Part shown: positions 13,131 to 25,572 of the stretch, piece by piece
How positions within the stretch are numbered: position 1 is the first letter of the stretch
How the letters are laid out: every line of letters starts with the position of its first letter
From: Fistulifera solaris
Taxonomy: Eukaryota
Reading direction: 5' to 3'
NCBI GenBank assembly: GCA_030295235.1
Contig: AP026128.1
Span: 992,001-1,056,000 of the forward strand
DNA: 64,000 nt
Notes under the pieces: generated by a model
What the model was told of the DNA's origin: nothing
The model's database searches: none
What the model saw: the letters and a program-made list of their open reading frames with translations, nothing else
Made by a program: the position numbers and the translations under genes

Positions 13131-14904
13131 TCAGGACAAGTAAAGGATTGTCAAAAGAGCATGCAGCGGCATGTATGCGTATCGTACGTAGATCGTGTAG
13201 TCTGGAAATACTCTTGGGACTAAAAGGATGCACGGCATTGTGATCCCAATCAGCCCGATGGATAAAGCATACAGTATAACGGATCGTGCCCGAAGTATAG
13301 CTCGTTTTGTGTCTTCTCCGTCACAATTATTAGAGTCATCAAAGGACGGAAAAGCAATCAGCGGAGCCCAAAAGATTGCAGACGGAAAAGCAAGCGACAC
13401 ATGTCCAAAGGCAATGGGGATATGCACCAGCAAAGCCGCGAAACAAGCAACAAATTGAACGGTCTGTTTCGATAACCGTCGCAATTTCAAACGTAAGAAG
13501 AGCGTCATTGTCACGTAAATTAACAAGAAAGCGACAACAATCATCTCCTTGTCCATCTTCGACACGACGGCGTGAAAGGTCGCCACGCAAAATAGCGTCA
13601 AGAATATTGTGGGTTGGACCGTCGGCCAGTGGAAAGCGGGGATATCCACAAGCACCAAAGTGACAGCCCGGACCACTAATGGTATCAATAACAGCAAATT
13701 AGGAATTAAATATTCCTCATGTTTGACGAAACGTTCCGGGGACGCCAACAAGTAAAGGGATGTGCTGTGATGCAGCCGTTCGTGTAGATTAGAAAGCGCT
13801 CGCAGTACATATTCCATTCGCTGGATGAAATTTGAAGTAAAGCGATTAGAATCAACACCAGGTGCAAACAAGGCTTGAATGGTCAAAGCATCGATTCCAC
13901 GATCCAGTGCCGTCGCATGAGGTGGGTACGGTCCCAACAAAAGCGAGTATTCAAACGCCAACAGTTCTAGCATCTTCGGTAACCATTCATTTACTTGCTC
14001 GACTTGCAAAGGAATGATTTTCGACTGAACATATTTTTGAATTTGCTTGGCTTCTTCGCGATATGGATGCATAGTCATGACAGCCTTATTGGTTTGTATG
14101 AGCAGGGACCGCGAATACACATACATGGCCAAGAAGACCAAATCCATGTTGGGTAATACACCCCGTCTCCCCTTGCGGTAAAATGCGTATTTCAGATTGT
14201 ACAAGAGCAATGGAGGACACGATTCCTTTTGGTGCTTGCGGCTGAACGTCTACAACGAGCAAATTTCGCAGCAGGAAACCATTCATATCAGGCGGCAGCG
14301 GCGGGCGAAAGGGCGTTTCGTGATCAACTGGCCCTAAATAGACGTCCAAGAATCGGTTGACAGTAGAAGTTAGATCCATTTTTGATTCCACCGTACTCGT
14401 AACGATGAAAAGAGTCTTGGCAATCCATTTGGCCTGTTGTAGTTGCTGAATAAGATTCAACACGGATACTTGAAACACATTCGACACGCTCGACGCAGTC
14501 CAAGGAATAACTAAAACAATCGCTTCTGAAACAGGACGGACCGCCACTTGTGTGGGTGTAATTTTGAGGATTTCGATACCATCGGGATGTTGTGTACAGG
14601 AAATTCGTGCATTCCGAGAGACGGCAGCACATGGAGAGCGTCGTTTCCATCCGGTCTGTACAGTGAGAGCCTCGAACTGCCCATTCCTATTAAAATACGA
14701 CGGATCTAACGAGTTTTCGTCAATGTACCATCTGCGTGGTTGCATGCGGCCTGTAAGGACGGAAGCGACCGGATGCAAAGCATGCCAGAGAATCCCGATG
14801 AGATACGGAGCGACGAGCAGCAAGGGCAGTTTACGTCGCCATTTAGGTGTCGTGAATTCCTCTTTATTTGGTCTTTCGCCATGTTCCCGCTTTCTACTGA
14901 GCAT
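13131..14904 (-). CDS. GAA1: GPI transamidase component Gaa1-like
   Basis: N-terminal TM then 'YIDENSL', 'LPNMDLV', 'RALSNLHERLHHS' and a multi-TM C-terminus. One frameshift near 14170-14200. Confidence 0.85.
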
Positions 14905-15009
14905 TTAATGCGAAAAGATACTTCGTTTTCGATAAAGACGTTTGTCATCAGAAGGAGGGGTCGTCGTCATGGTGATGACAAGAGGAAATTATTGGTGATG
15001 ATCTTATGT

Positions 15010-15310
15010 GAGCACGTGCTTTTTCACGTGTCCCGAAAATGTGGGTGTGTGCTTTTTCACGTCTCCCGAAAATGTGGGGGTGTGCTTCGAAATGGGGGTG
15101 TGCTATGTGGGGGTGTGCTTTTTTCACGTCTCCAGAAAATGTGGGGGTGTGTTTTTTCACGTGTCCAGAAAATGTGGGTGTGTGTTTTTTCACGTTCCCG
15201 ATAATGTGGGTGTGTGCTTTTTCACGTCTCCCGAAAATGTGGGTGTGTGTTTTTCACGTGTCCAGAAAATGTGGGCGAGTGCATTTTTCACGTCTCCAGA
15301 AAATGTGGGC
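15010..15310. repeat. Minisatellite, ~31-32-bp unit, ~8-9 copies
   Basis: GTGTGCTTTTTCACGT(C/G)TCC(C/A)GAAAATGTGG repeated. Confidence 0.92.
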
Positions 15311-15423
15311 TCTGCGAAACCACGTTCTTGTGCGAAACGGCAAGAATGTTGTACCAGGTAAAAATAAAATGTTGCCCGTTTCAATGTACAAGCGATGTAA
15401 GTGAGAGTGATTTCCTGTAAGGA

Positions 15424-15510
15424 CCAGGAAAGGACGTTAAAATTCTGCCTCTCAGTACAAATTTCTACGTAGCGCTTACGGCGAGGCAGAATTTTAACGT
15501 CGTTTCCTGG
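15424..15510. repeat. 28-bp inverted repeat (1 mismatch) with ~31-nt loop
   Basis: CCAGGAAAGGACGTTAAAATTCTGCCTC ... GAGGCAGAATTTTAACGTCGTTTCCTGG. Confidence 0.9.
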
Positions 15511-16064
15511 AGGTCACGAGAAAAAAGATGGCACCATTAACCGCTCGAGGCGAGAAAAAGTCTTTCCTTACAGAAGCGCGATGTTCCAAGACAGAAGACG
15601 GAGAGAATTCATTAAGCAGCATGCCCTCGTAATTTTCACGACGAATTTATTTTCGTTTGACCGCCGGTCGTTGTAAATGCAGCCATCGAGCATTTTGCGG
15701 GGAACTATGGATTTTTGAATTTAAAGCTGGTTCAGAGGTCATGCGTCATGCGCTACAGTGTGAACATTGACCGCAAGTTGGTCAATATCAAGCCAGATTA
15801 CTGTTTGGCACGTGTGACCCACGGGAACTACATTACAACAAAGGATTGCTTGATGATATTGCTCGTGTATTTCCGGTCGCCGAAATAGTTGCTACTTGTC
15901 CTCACAAAAGAGCTAATGATGTATTTGTCTTTTCGGAATTGTCAGTATGAACGATATTGTCGATGAGAGTTCGATTCCTCGTAGGCTGGTGAACTTCGTG
16001 GGTCGAGAAGGATGTTAGGAGAAGATTATTGTGATGAAAGTAAATTGCGGATTTCACACTTAAG

Positions 16065-16455
16065 ATAACTTAGTGTCGTCGACAGCAAGGACTGTTGACA
16101 TAAGAGCTGCTAACAGGTTTGGCTGAACTGCATGAAGAAGATGAAAAGAAGGATCTTGCGGTGGTAGCAACTCAAAATTCTATACTCCTGGTTCGTGCGA
16201 TGGAAGTGGATTGGCGGATAAACAGTTTCCAGAAGCTGAATTGGTTCAGTTTTCGCCCGATTTCCTAATCAATATTTTTCTCGATAATCAGAGTTATTTG
16301 ATGGCGTACAATGCGTTGGGAAGCTCGCTTGACGACAAACTTAAACCGATTTCAAAAACTCTCGGTGTTAACGTCTTATTGACAGACCCCGCAATCTTTT
16401 GCAGCTGCGGACAAACCAAAGAATGAGAAACTACTGCTACCGCAACAATCTTCTG
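16065..16455 (+). pseudogene. Decayed, internally deleted inverted copy of the DUF6824 gene at 9239-11389
   Basis: VSSTARTV, LHEEDEKK..VATQNSILLVR, LMAYNALGSSLDD and LGVNVLLTDPA match VSSTTRTV, LYEEDKDK..VASQNSRFLVR, LIAYNALGNPLDN and LGVNVLLPDPA. Confidence 0.85.
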
Positions 16456-16693
16456 TCACCGTCGCGACTAGTCGTCATTAAGGGGCGATCTATTCTTATT
16501 GTTTTACGTGTTAACTGCCTGCTCTCTCTACTCTTTGTCCTTCATCGCATTGTATATTACGGAGTTCCCCCTATTCCCGGTCGAGTAATCAGGTTCCACA
16601 ATTCAGCAAATGACACCGAAATTATAGCCGATAAGGTATCGAGCCTTGTGCTGTCGTTGTTAGTCTTTTGTCTGAAACGACCGCGCTCTTAAA

Positions 16694-18578
16694 CTAGATC
16701 TGTTTGATAAAATAGCCCTCACCGATCCGCTGTAGCCGTACCGATCTCCCTTTTTCAGCAGCTTGAGTACCTTCATGATTCACAATCGAATGGATGCCAC
16801 CCAAGTTGTCCAGCTTTACTGTAAAAGCATTGAAAATGCGAATATTGGATTGAATCGGATGTTGGATAGCAGTCGAAATGACTACTGGATCGTTCCTAAA
16901 ATTGGAGTAAATCCCAGGTGCATATACGGTGTGGTCCGTGACGTCGTGGTTCACAAAGTATCCTCTAAACTCGTCCTTTGCAAAATCGTGACTTGCACAG
17001 TAAGGAAGCTCGCACTGATAAAAATAAACGACACCATGATCTCCTTTCCATATGACCTGGTGACCATTGGCATGTTCAACGGCCAAACCAGCAATATGAA
17101 TATTGTCGCCAGCTACTTCGATTCCGGTTTCAACTCGAAACTCATTGTTCTCTGTTTGCCAAAACACGGGTGATATGTGTGGATAGTTTGCTTTCTCGTC
17201 CTCATCCAGAGCACCATGATCAGCTCGCCACAGCCACAGATTATCCCCAATAATGCATCCACTGTGTAAGCGCACCATAAAGTCGACATGCGTTTCCCTT
17301 CTGTCTCCCGCTCTGCCTCCGCCGACGCGACAAAAAATATCAAACAATCCACCAAAATTGCCTGGCTCACCCGGATCTTTCTGATCTGCGTGTCCCCACT
17401 CCAATAAGGACGATTCTGTGTTATTCAACTTGCTAACGCTTCTTTCCGAAGCTTCCAACATCAGCCCCGCAATGCGCACACCTGGTACAAAAGGTTCGAC
17501 TTGAATACAGGGAGATCCATCCTCAGGTGCAACCAGCGTCGCGAGGCCCAGGCCCAGAATTACCTGGTTAATCTTTCGTATCATCAGGGTCTCCGTCAAA
17601 TGAAATATTCCAGGAGCCAAAACAACATCTTTTCCTTCGTCTAACGCTTCTTGAATTCGACTGATGGGGTCCTCAAAACTGATTACTCGAACAGAGCGAA
17701 AATCACGAATTTGTTCATCTGCCCCATCCAACGAAGGGCCACAGGCTTTTTCACCGCGCAGCAGTAGAGGTACTCTCAACTGGAACCACTCTTGCCCGTT
17801 CTCAGCAGTGGTTAGCGTGATGTATGGCTTTTCCATGCGAAGTTTGGGCTGTTCTACCACAGTAATCGCAGGTTCTGTATCACTGCCAGGATGAGGAGCC
17901 GGCACACGTCCACTACATCCGACATAAACCAGGCTCCAAGCCCCTCCTAACGCTAATGAGACCGCGAACGTTCAATGCTTATTATAGCGAAGTTGTCTTA
18001 CCTGTAACTTCTCCTCTCATTTCCACGTTTCGAAGAAGAAACTGTTGTTGACCACCAGCTCGGAGAGAACCGCCGACGTAGGCATTTGCCAAATGTCCAC
18101 CACTAGCGTATGCTGCATGATCATGAAGAAGTAAATCCGCATCCACGTGCACACGTCTCAACGGTGCGGCTTGACTCACCGCCCATTGAAGAGATGCGGT
18201 ACGAAAATTCTCGGCGCTCCTCCAGAATGTATCCAGACTCGTCCCAAAAGGAGGATGCAAGTGTTTGTTCAAAGCCGGAACGAAAGGACCACATTGAGGG
18301 AACGCAACATCTGTTGGACGAGATCCCAATCCTAATAGCTGCACGTAATATCCGATTTCAAAGTTGCGATCTAAGAAGTATTCGCCTGGCGCAAAGAGCA
18401 AGGCGTGACGCTTCGGGCTGAAATGGTTTTCACACGTAAAAGTTTGTTTGACTTCGTCCCAAGGATCTTGTGTCTTCTCAATTTGACTCAAAATAAAAAG
18501 AGGGTCGTCTGAAGGATGGAACAACAGGACCGAGTCGGGCCAGTTAGGAGGATTCGGTTCTGGCGCCCCAAACAACAT
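16694..18578 (-). CDS. GH55-like exo-beta-1,3-glucanase (bacterial/Streptomyces type)
   Basis: ALLFAPGEY, FWRSAENF, WAVSQAAPLRRVHV, ASGG, QQQF, LGLGLATL, WLWRADHG, GLAVEH and YQCELPY. Intron 17947-18001 restores the frame. Confidence 0.85.
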
Positions 18579-19325
18579 GGTTGACAAGACAAACTACGGT
18601 CGGGAGCTCGGTCGGCGCTGTTAAATCATTTTTAAAGTTATGCGTTCTCGCAAAACCCTCAAAAACCTCAATAAACGACCAAAATGGACGGAGTTGTTTC
18701 AATGACCTTGGCAAATTATTCTTGGATGCAATGTCATGTTGGTCAAGAGTTCCTCGATCCACTTTCCGATTTTTCCAAGTTCTCAGTTTTTTTTGTCTTG
18801 CTTTGCGTTTTCGGTTTTAGTTGATTGTGACGTGGTACGGACGGCCAGACGCTCGTTACTCGTTAGGTCAAAGAATGAACAAGATCGAATGATAATGCCC
18901 ACCGACAACCGACACTGACACGGAGAATAATCGACTAAACAGAATAAAGTAGACAGTAGTAGAAGTAGAAGGTACTACTGTACGCTGTACGCTGTACGGA
19001 TTTCGAAAGAACACGCGAAGACCAAAGAAGGCGGGTGGTGAATGGTGAATGACTGATACCTTTACATTCTAATCGATAGTATCTATTGATTGATACTTCT
19101 TTTATTACCACACCTAAAATAATGACTACTGACTACGTAAATGACTAGGTATACGACATCTCCCGAAGACATTGTTTCTCCGCAAAAGAAAAAATAGCGG
19201 AGGGAGAAAAAACCGCTTTCCGCTTTTTTCTATCCGCTATGCAAACTGCAAGCTGCAATAACAGCAACTACTCCTCTTGCATTGAAATCAATTCTTTTCA
19301 TCGTTTGGAGTGTTAATGAAGACCG

Positions 19326-22130
19326 ATGGTACCCTTCGATAAGAGCGCAACACTCACCAGCGTCGCGATGGATCACAAACAACACAACTTGTCGAAACTT
19401 TTTGAGAAGCAGGACGCCGTTGCGTTGGATGACTTGAACGATGATGAGGATCCAAGCGTGGCTTCAGAATCAAAGGCTTCAATTGCGGGTCATCTACGGT
19501 CCATGTTGACCCGTACAGCCTCGAAAATGAACGTAACAAAAAGTGAAGATGATGATGCAAGTGTTATTTCTACTTCGGAGGGATCAGTCATGTCTACGCG
19601 AAGCGTTCTGTCGAGAACAGCGAGTGGACTTTCGTCCGGATTGCGTCGAGGTTCTCAACTCTTGAGAACTTCTTCATTTCGTTCCATGGGAAGCTTTCGA
19701 CATAAAGAGGATGCAGAAAAAGGAAGAAACTCGTTATATGGTTCGTCTCGAGATTTGAATGATAGTTCCAACTCTTCGCTGGGTAGCGTCGATATTTTGG
19801 ATGATTTGAGTCATGGGGAAGGCGCTATGCCATCTGCTCCGAGCCAGCCAAAGTTTGATTTATCTATGATGAAAACAGATGGTGCTCAACAGAAAGACTT
19901 GATGGTTAACGAAGAGGATCGATCTACGGTGTGGGTGAAAAGCGGCGAGGAAGGCAACCAGCACCTTCAGCTAGACATTCGAAATCACTCTTCTTTCGGC
20001 AGTCTTTTCGATGACGATTCACATGTGAACTACCATTCCTCCGGTCGAAGCTTGATATCGGACGATTTTGATTCATCCAATCCGAGTCTGTTTTCCTCGA
20101 AAGGCAGTAACAACTCTATTATATCTTCTTCTTCTGACATGGAAGAAAGTCATCATTCCCGATTGCCAAACTCTAGACGCGGAAGGAGACCACGACGATT
20201 GTCTGTGGATCGAGCCTCAGCGGGGACAACCTCCGCAAACCCGGAGCGAACACTGACGCGCCATTTGTCTGCCAATAGAATCGATGTTGGAGGGAAAGGT
20301 GATGATGTTTTGCGCTCGAGCAAATCAGCTTGTGGAATTGCAGCTGAAGCTCTTAAGAATCCCAGACGTAGAAGAACGCAAAGACCAAAAGGTTTCAGCA
20401 ATATGAAATTACATTCCTCTTCAGGAGCTATTGATCAAGCCGACTTCGATGCTATTGATCGTCGTTGCGCACAAAATGAGGAATGGTCCAATTTGAATAC
20501 CCCCAAGTCCGGTATAGGCCAAAATATACTTTTAAACAAACTCAAAACGAAAGGTTCTTTCGAGGACCCTAAAAACAGTTTACGGAGAAGCGATGACATC
20601 GGCAGTCAGGATAAGTTGCGTGGTTTAAACCGCTATTCTTCCGGGCGTTCTTTGAGAGCGTCTGGCTTTACCGACAGCGTGATTGATGCTGGAAGAAAAG
20701 AAGATGATGATGGTCAGGAGAAGAAGCGCGGTTTGAGTCGGTTTTCTTCTGGACGGTCTTTGAGATCTTTTACGACTATAGCTTCTAGTCAGAGAGGAGA
20801 CGATGGTGATGGACAGGAAAAGATACTCGGGGATAGTCGACGTATTTCTGGTCGCTCTTTGAGATCCTCTGCGGGGACAGAAAACAAGGATTTTCGTCGG
20901 AGAAGTGAAGAAGATGATGATCAGGATAAAACTCGCAAAGTAAACCGCCATTCTTCTGCGCTTTCTTTGGGATCCTTTGCTGAAAACGAAAGGAATACTT
21001 TGTATCGGGGAAGAGAAGAAAATGACAGCCAGGATAAATTGCTTGGTGTACGTCGCCATTCTTCTACACGATCCTTGAGATCTTCTTCGACTATTGAGAG
21101 CAAGGATTCTAGTCGGAAGAGAGACGACGATGGTAGCCAGGAAAAGAAACGTGGTTTGAATCGCCATTCATCCAGAAGTTCTCTAAAAGTCTCTGCAGAG
21201 ACCGAAAGCAAAAAAAGAGGATCCGATGTTAGCAGTCGGGATAAGAAACGTGGTCTGCATCGCCAATCATCCAGGAACTCACTGACAGCTTTTGTGGATA
21301 ACGACAGCAAATTTGTTAATCAGAGAAGGGATGATCTTGGTCAGGATAAGACACGTGGAGTCACTCGACACTCGTCCGGACTCTCGTTCCAATCGTTAAC
21401 AAGCATTGAAAACGAGGACGATAAGGCGCGCGAAGTAGGTCGCACTTTTTCCGGGCGCTCGTGTTTGAAAGCTCCAAAAAGAACATCGAGTGGCGACGTG
21501 GTAAAAAACCTCAAGGAGAGCAGCGATGCCAATCATGTGCCCGACAAATCAAGGAAGTCGGTTGCACGTACCGTGTCTTTTGGGAGAGGGGTAACGTCCG
21601 GGATGCCTCCTAGGACACTTTCTCATTCAAGTCCACTGGTCGGAAGTGGCGATGGATCGGTGCAAAAGATAGTGATGGGCACTGACGTTGACGATGATGC
21701 TCATACAACGGACACATACAATTTGCGCAAGAATTCATCAAGGAGCAAAGAAATAAGGAACATCAGTTCAGAAAATCTCGGTGAACGGTCTTACTCCAAA
21801 GGGCCCCATGTCAAATTAAGTCGAGGCATGCTTAACAGTCTCGGTCAAAGTATAGGAACTAAACACAACGAGTCGAATGGCCCTACCGAGTTGCGTGAGT
21901 CGGTTACGCGCGCTATGTCGTTCAATGAAAGAAAGTCTTCCAAGGCGCAGTTACGAGGTGATTCACACCGCTGTAGTTCTCTTGTAAATGTCAATGCACG
22001 CCAGAAAAAAGATGATAATAAATTGAAAAATGCTGCATGGGATATTGATGAATATGATGTTAAAGACGAAGACGACCTTAAGCGACGAAACATGAGAAGA
22101 ATGAAGAACGACTCCACTCTTCGGGCTTAA
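19326..22130 (+). CDS. Low-complexity Ser/Arg-rich protein with ~34-aa internal repeats
   Basis: 934-aa ORF with about 8 copies of 'QdKkRGlnRhSSgRSL'. Confidence 0.8.
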   Translation: MVPFDKSATLTSVAMDHKQHNLSKLFEKQDAVALDDLNDDEDPSVASESKASIAGHLRSMLTRTASKMNVTKSEDDDASVISTSEGSVMSTRSVLSRTASGLSSGLRRGSQLLRTSSFRSMGSFRHKEDAEKGRNSLYGSSRDLNDSSNSSLGSVDILDDLSHGEGAMPSAPSQPKFDLSMMKTDGAQQKDLMVNEEDRSTVWVKSGEEGNQHLQLDIRNHSSFGSLFDDDSHVNYHSSGRSLISDDFDSSNPSLFSSKGSNNSIISSSSDMEESHHSRLPNSRRGRRPRRLSVDRASAGTTSANPERTLTRHLSANRIDVGGKGDDVLRSSKSACGIAAEALKNPRRRRTQRPKGFSNMKLHSSSGAIDQADFDAIDRRCAQNEEWSNLNTPKSGIGQNILLNKLKTKGSFEDPKNSLRRSDDIGSQDKLRGLNRYSSGRSLRASGFTDSVIDAGRKEDDDGQEKKRGLSRFSSGRSLRSFTTIASSQRGDDGDGQEKILGDSRRISGRSLRSSAGTENKDFRRRSEEDDDQDKTRKVNRHSSALSLGSFAENERNTLYRGREENDSQDKLLGVRRHSSTRSLRSSSTIESKDSSRKRDDDGSQEKKRGLNRHSSRSSLKVSAETESKKRGSDVSSRDKKRGLHRQSSRNSLTAFVDNDSKFVNQRRDDLGQDKTRGVTRHSSGLSFQSLTSIENEDDKAREVGRTFSGRSCLKAPKRTSSGDVVKNLKESSDANHVPDKSRKSVARTVSFGRGVTSGMPPRTLSHSSPLVGSGDGSVQKIVMGTDVDDDAHTTDTYNLRKNSSRSKEIRNISSENLGERSYSKGPHVKLSRGMLNSLGQSIGTKHNESNGPTELRESVTRAMSFNERKSSKAQLRGDSHRCSSLVNVNARQKKDDNKLKNAAWDIDEYDVKDEDDLKRRNMRRMKNDSTLRA

Positions 22131-22324
22131 TATTTCATCTGCCAATTACTGAAGTAGACTACTTGGCGCCTAATCAAATATACTGATCTTTATGCTCCTT
22201 ATTTAGATTAATCATCGACTCTTAGATACGCTTAACAAGGTTACAGATTGCTTAGAAAGCACAAGCTGCTGAGCGGATCGACGTCATTCCTTTGCTGTGT
22301 TACTGCTACACAAAGATGACAATC

Positions 22325-25300
22325 TTATCTTACGCCAGCCAATAGTTCCAGTCTTCGGGCAGCCATGATAACGTAAGTTGCCGCCCGTACCTTTGCATGC
22401 CCATTTTGACGATTAAACATTCGATCCTCTTCTTCTATTTGACGTAAATATTCCTCATCTTCCAACACGGCAATCCAATCCGAATGCAACGCCGCGGTAG
22501 CGGTGATGCGCCCAATTAAGCTCCAACGTTAGCATTCGCGAAATCAGAATCTTCGCTTCCTCGGATATTTCATTCCAGTAGCGCTTGTGGAATTTATATT
22601 CTCCGTATCGAATTTTCCGAATAATCTCGTCACCGTCACCGCGGAATGGGCGGTAGCCGCCTAATAACATGTACATTACGACTCCAAGACTCCACATGTC
22701 ACACTGTACATCATATTCTGGTCGATGTTCTAGAATTTCAGGTGCCACATATCCTTCCGTACCGCACTGTGTTTGCAGCCCGTTGGGAATCAATACTCGT
22801 TTAGCCATTCCAAAATCTGTAAGCTTTACGTCGGTTACACTGCCCTTCTGAATCAGCTGAATCGTTTCTGTTTTGATATTGCGATTCGCGATGCGTCTGT
22901 TGTGGCAATATTCAAGCGCGCAGAGAAGCTTTTTGATTACAACTCGTGCTTCATTTTCCGTGTAATATTTCTTCTCACTCAAGCGGTCGATCAATTCGCC
23001 TCCGCGAAGACGCTCCATCACAACATAAGTAAAATCAGGTTCCTCGAAGACATCGACCAGTCGGGCAATATATTCACAGTCCACAAGGACGGACAGAGTT
23101 GATATTTCATCTTGCAAAGCAACAGCATCACCGGACTCTAAATCGGTGCGCTTGACGCATTTGATTGACACAATTTCGTTCAACTGATTGTGTCGCGCTT
23201 CTCGTAAGGTGAAGAAATCACCTTGTTCGACTACCCTGCCCCAGGTGTATAACTCCTCGCATGGTCGTCCACTAGAGCTATCGTAAATCTCTTCTCCCTC
23301 CTCTTCTCCATCTTCACCAATTGTGGCCATAGCGCCTTGTTGCGCCTGTGCAGTAATTTGAGTCTTGCGGTTTGCGACTTCTTCAAGAGTTCCCAAACCA
23401 GCGGTGAACGAAATGTCGAGCGATGTGTGCTTGTCGAGTTGTTTAATACCGTATGCTTGATCGTCTCCGGCTTTCTGTGTCTGTCGTTCCTGTAGGACGG
23501 CCTTTGCACCCGATAGATCTTTGGTTGTTAGGGCTTCTTCCTCCATTGCCATCCATGGGCACTGTAATGCTTCTTCTGCTGACAATCGGTGCTCAGCATA
23601 CACCTGCAAAAGATTACTGATCATGTCTTTGGCTTCGTTTGATATTTCTCCCCAATATTTTTCGTGAAAACAATACTCGCCTTTGCAGATAACCTGAGCA
23701 AGCTCGTGGACAGGCCCTTCAAAGGGCGCATATCCACCAATAATATATACACGACAACGCCAACACTCCACATATCGGCACGATGATCGTAACCGGGTGA
23801 ATGAAGATCAAGGACCTCGGGCGCAACGTATTGTGCCGTTCCGCAAAGCGTTCGTAAGCAGTTTGGCTTAAATACACGTTTCGCAAATCCGAAATCAGCG
23901 ATTTTGATACTGTGATCATCGTCTGCTTCCACCATCAAAACGTTTTCAGGCTTGATGTCGCGGTGCGCCACTTTCTTTTTGTGAATGTAATCCATAGCCT
24001 GGAAAAGAATCTTGCAAGTTTTGCGAGCCTCGCGTTCGGTGTAGAACTCTTTTTCTGTAACACGTGTCAGCAAGTCACCTCCCCGACACTCTTCCATCAC
24101 CATAAAAGTGTGATCTGGTTCTTGGAACACATCGAAGAGGCGGATGATATACGGTCCTCCACGCAGCAGTTTCAAAGCTGCAATTTCATCCTGCAGAGCA
24201 TTCATGGAAGAACTTTCCAACATGCTTGTATCTATGTCTTTGACAGCATAGATTTCTTTGGTTCGTTTGTGCATCGCTCGGTAGACGCATGCGTAACCGC
24301 CCTCTCCGAGGATATCTCCGAGGTCATAGAATTCTGAAAAAGGCCTTCCAGCTGCACTATCTTCAACGAATTTGGGTTGACGTGGCTTCTTTTCTCCATC
24401 ATCTTTCTTCACACGAGCAGCATTGCCATCCGCCCCAGTTCGTTCTAAAAAGCCGTTGAACTTTTCATCCAAGACCGCCAATCGATTGTCACCAGCTTCA
24501 ACAGCGGCAAGTCCCTTCTGTTTGCCTTTCTTGATATTCTGCTGAAGCGCTGTGTTATGAAGTCCGTCTTCATGATGTTCGCTCATATCATTGTCTAATC
24601 GCCGTGATGTCATCCAGGTGGCTTTCAAAGCTTCTTCCGAAGAAAATCGTTTTCTCGGATTCACAGTCAATAAATGCGTAACGAACTGCTTTGCCTCCGC
24701 GGAGATAGATTTCCAGTACGTCGGGTGAAAGTAATACTGTCCTTCACGAGTCTTTTCGAAAACTTTGTCCTCGTCTTCATCTTCGAATGGAAGGTAACCT
24801 CCTAGCAAAGGAAGATAATGACACCCACACTCCAGAGATCGCATTTCGTATCATAAGCAGGAAATCGTTCCAGAATCTCCGGTGCAAGATAACCTGGCGT
24901 ACCGCACAATGTACGACAACCGTTTTCTGTTTTCACTTTCTTGGCGAAACCAAAATCAGCCAGCTTAATTTGGTCTGCTATTGTATCCTCGGAGATCGAA
25001 TTCTGGTGATCCATCAATAAAAGGTTTTCCGGTTTTAGATCACGGTGCGCGACACGCTTCGCATGCATGTAAGCTAAACCCGTCAGCAATCCGCGGCAGC
25101 ATCCTCGGGCTTGTGGTTCAGTAAACGTTTTTTGCTCCAAGATTCGGTCAAATAACTCTCCGCCTCGAAGTAAGCCCATGACAAGAAAGCAGTGCGATTT
25201 CTCCTCGTAAACTTCGTAAAGTTGCACAATGTTAGGTCCATCGCGAACCAAGATCAGGTTATTGATCTCATCTTCTAGGGCATCACGATCTCCCCAAACC

Positions 25301-25572
25301 ATTTTACTTCGATCAATCTTCTTGATAGCATATTCTTGACCTGACGCCTTGTGCGTACCCATGAAGACCTTTGCGAAGGCACCTAGTCCAAGTTGCGGGC
25401 CGCGTGTGTACGCACGCTCAAACGCTCGCAGTTCACTAAAAACTTTGACATTCTGATTCAGCGATGGTGCTACTTGCGTATCGTATTCATCGCCAGCGAG
25501 AACTATTGCAGGTTTTGAGGGCTTGCGCTTCTTTTTCTTCTCTTTATCCTTGTCTTTCTCCTTTTCCGGCAT
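22325..25572 (-). CDS. CAMK-family protein with three tandem kinase domains
   Basis: Three DFG/APE sets in overlapping ORFs joined by single-base shifts (~24810, ~23750, ~22525). C-terminal CaM-binding-like helix 'FNRQNGHAKVRAATYVIMAARRL'. Confidence 0.85.
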
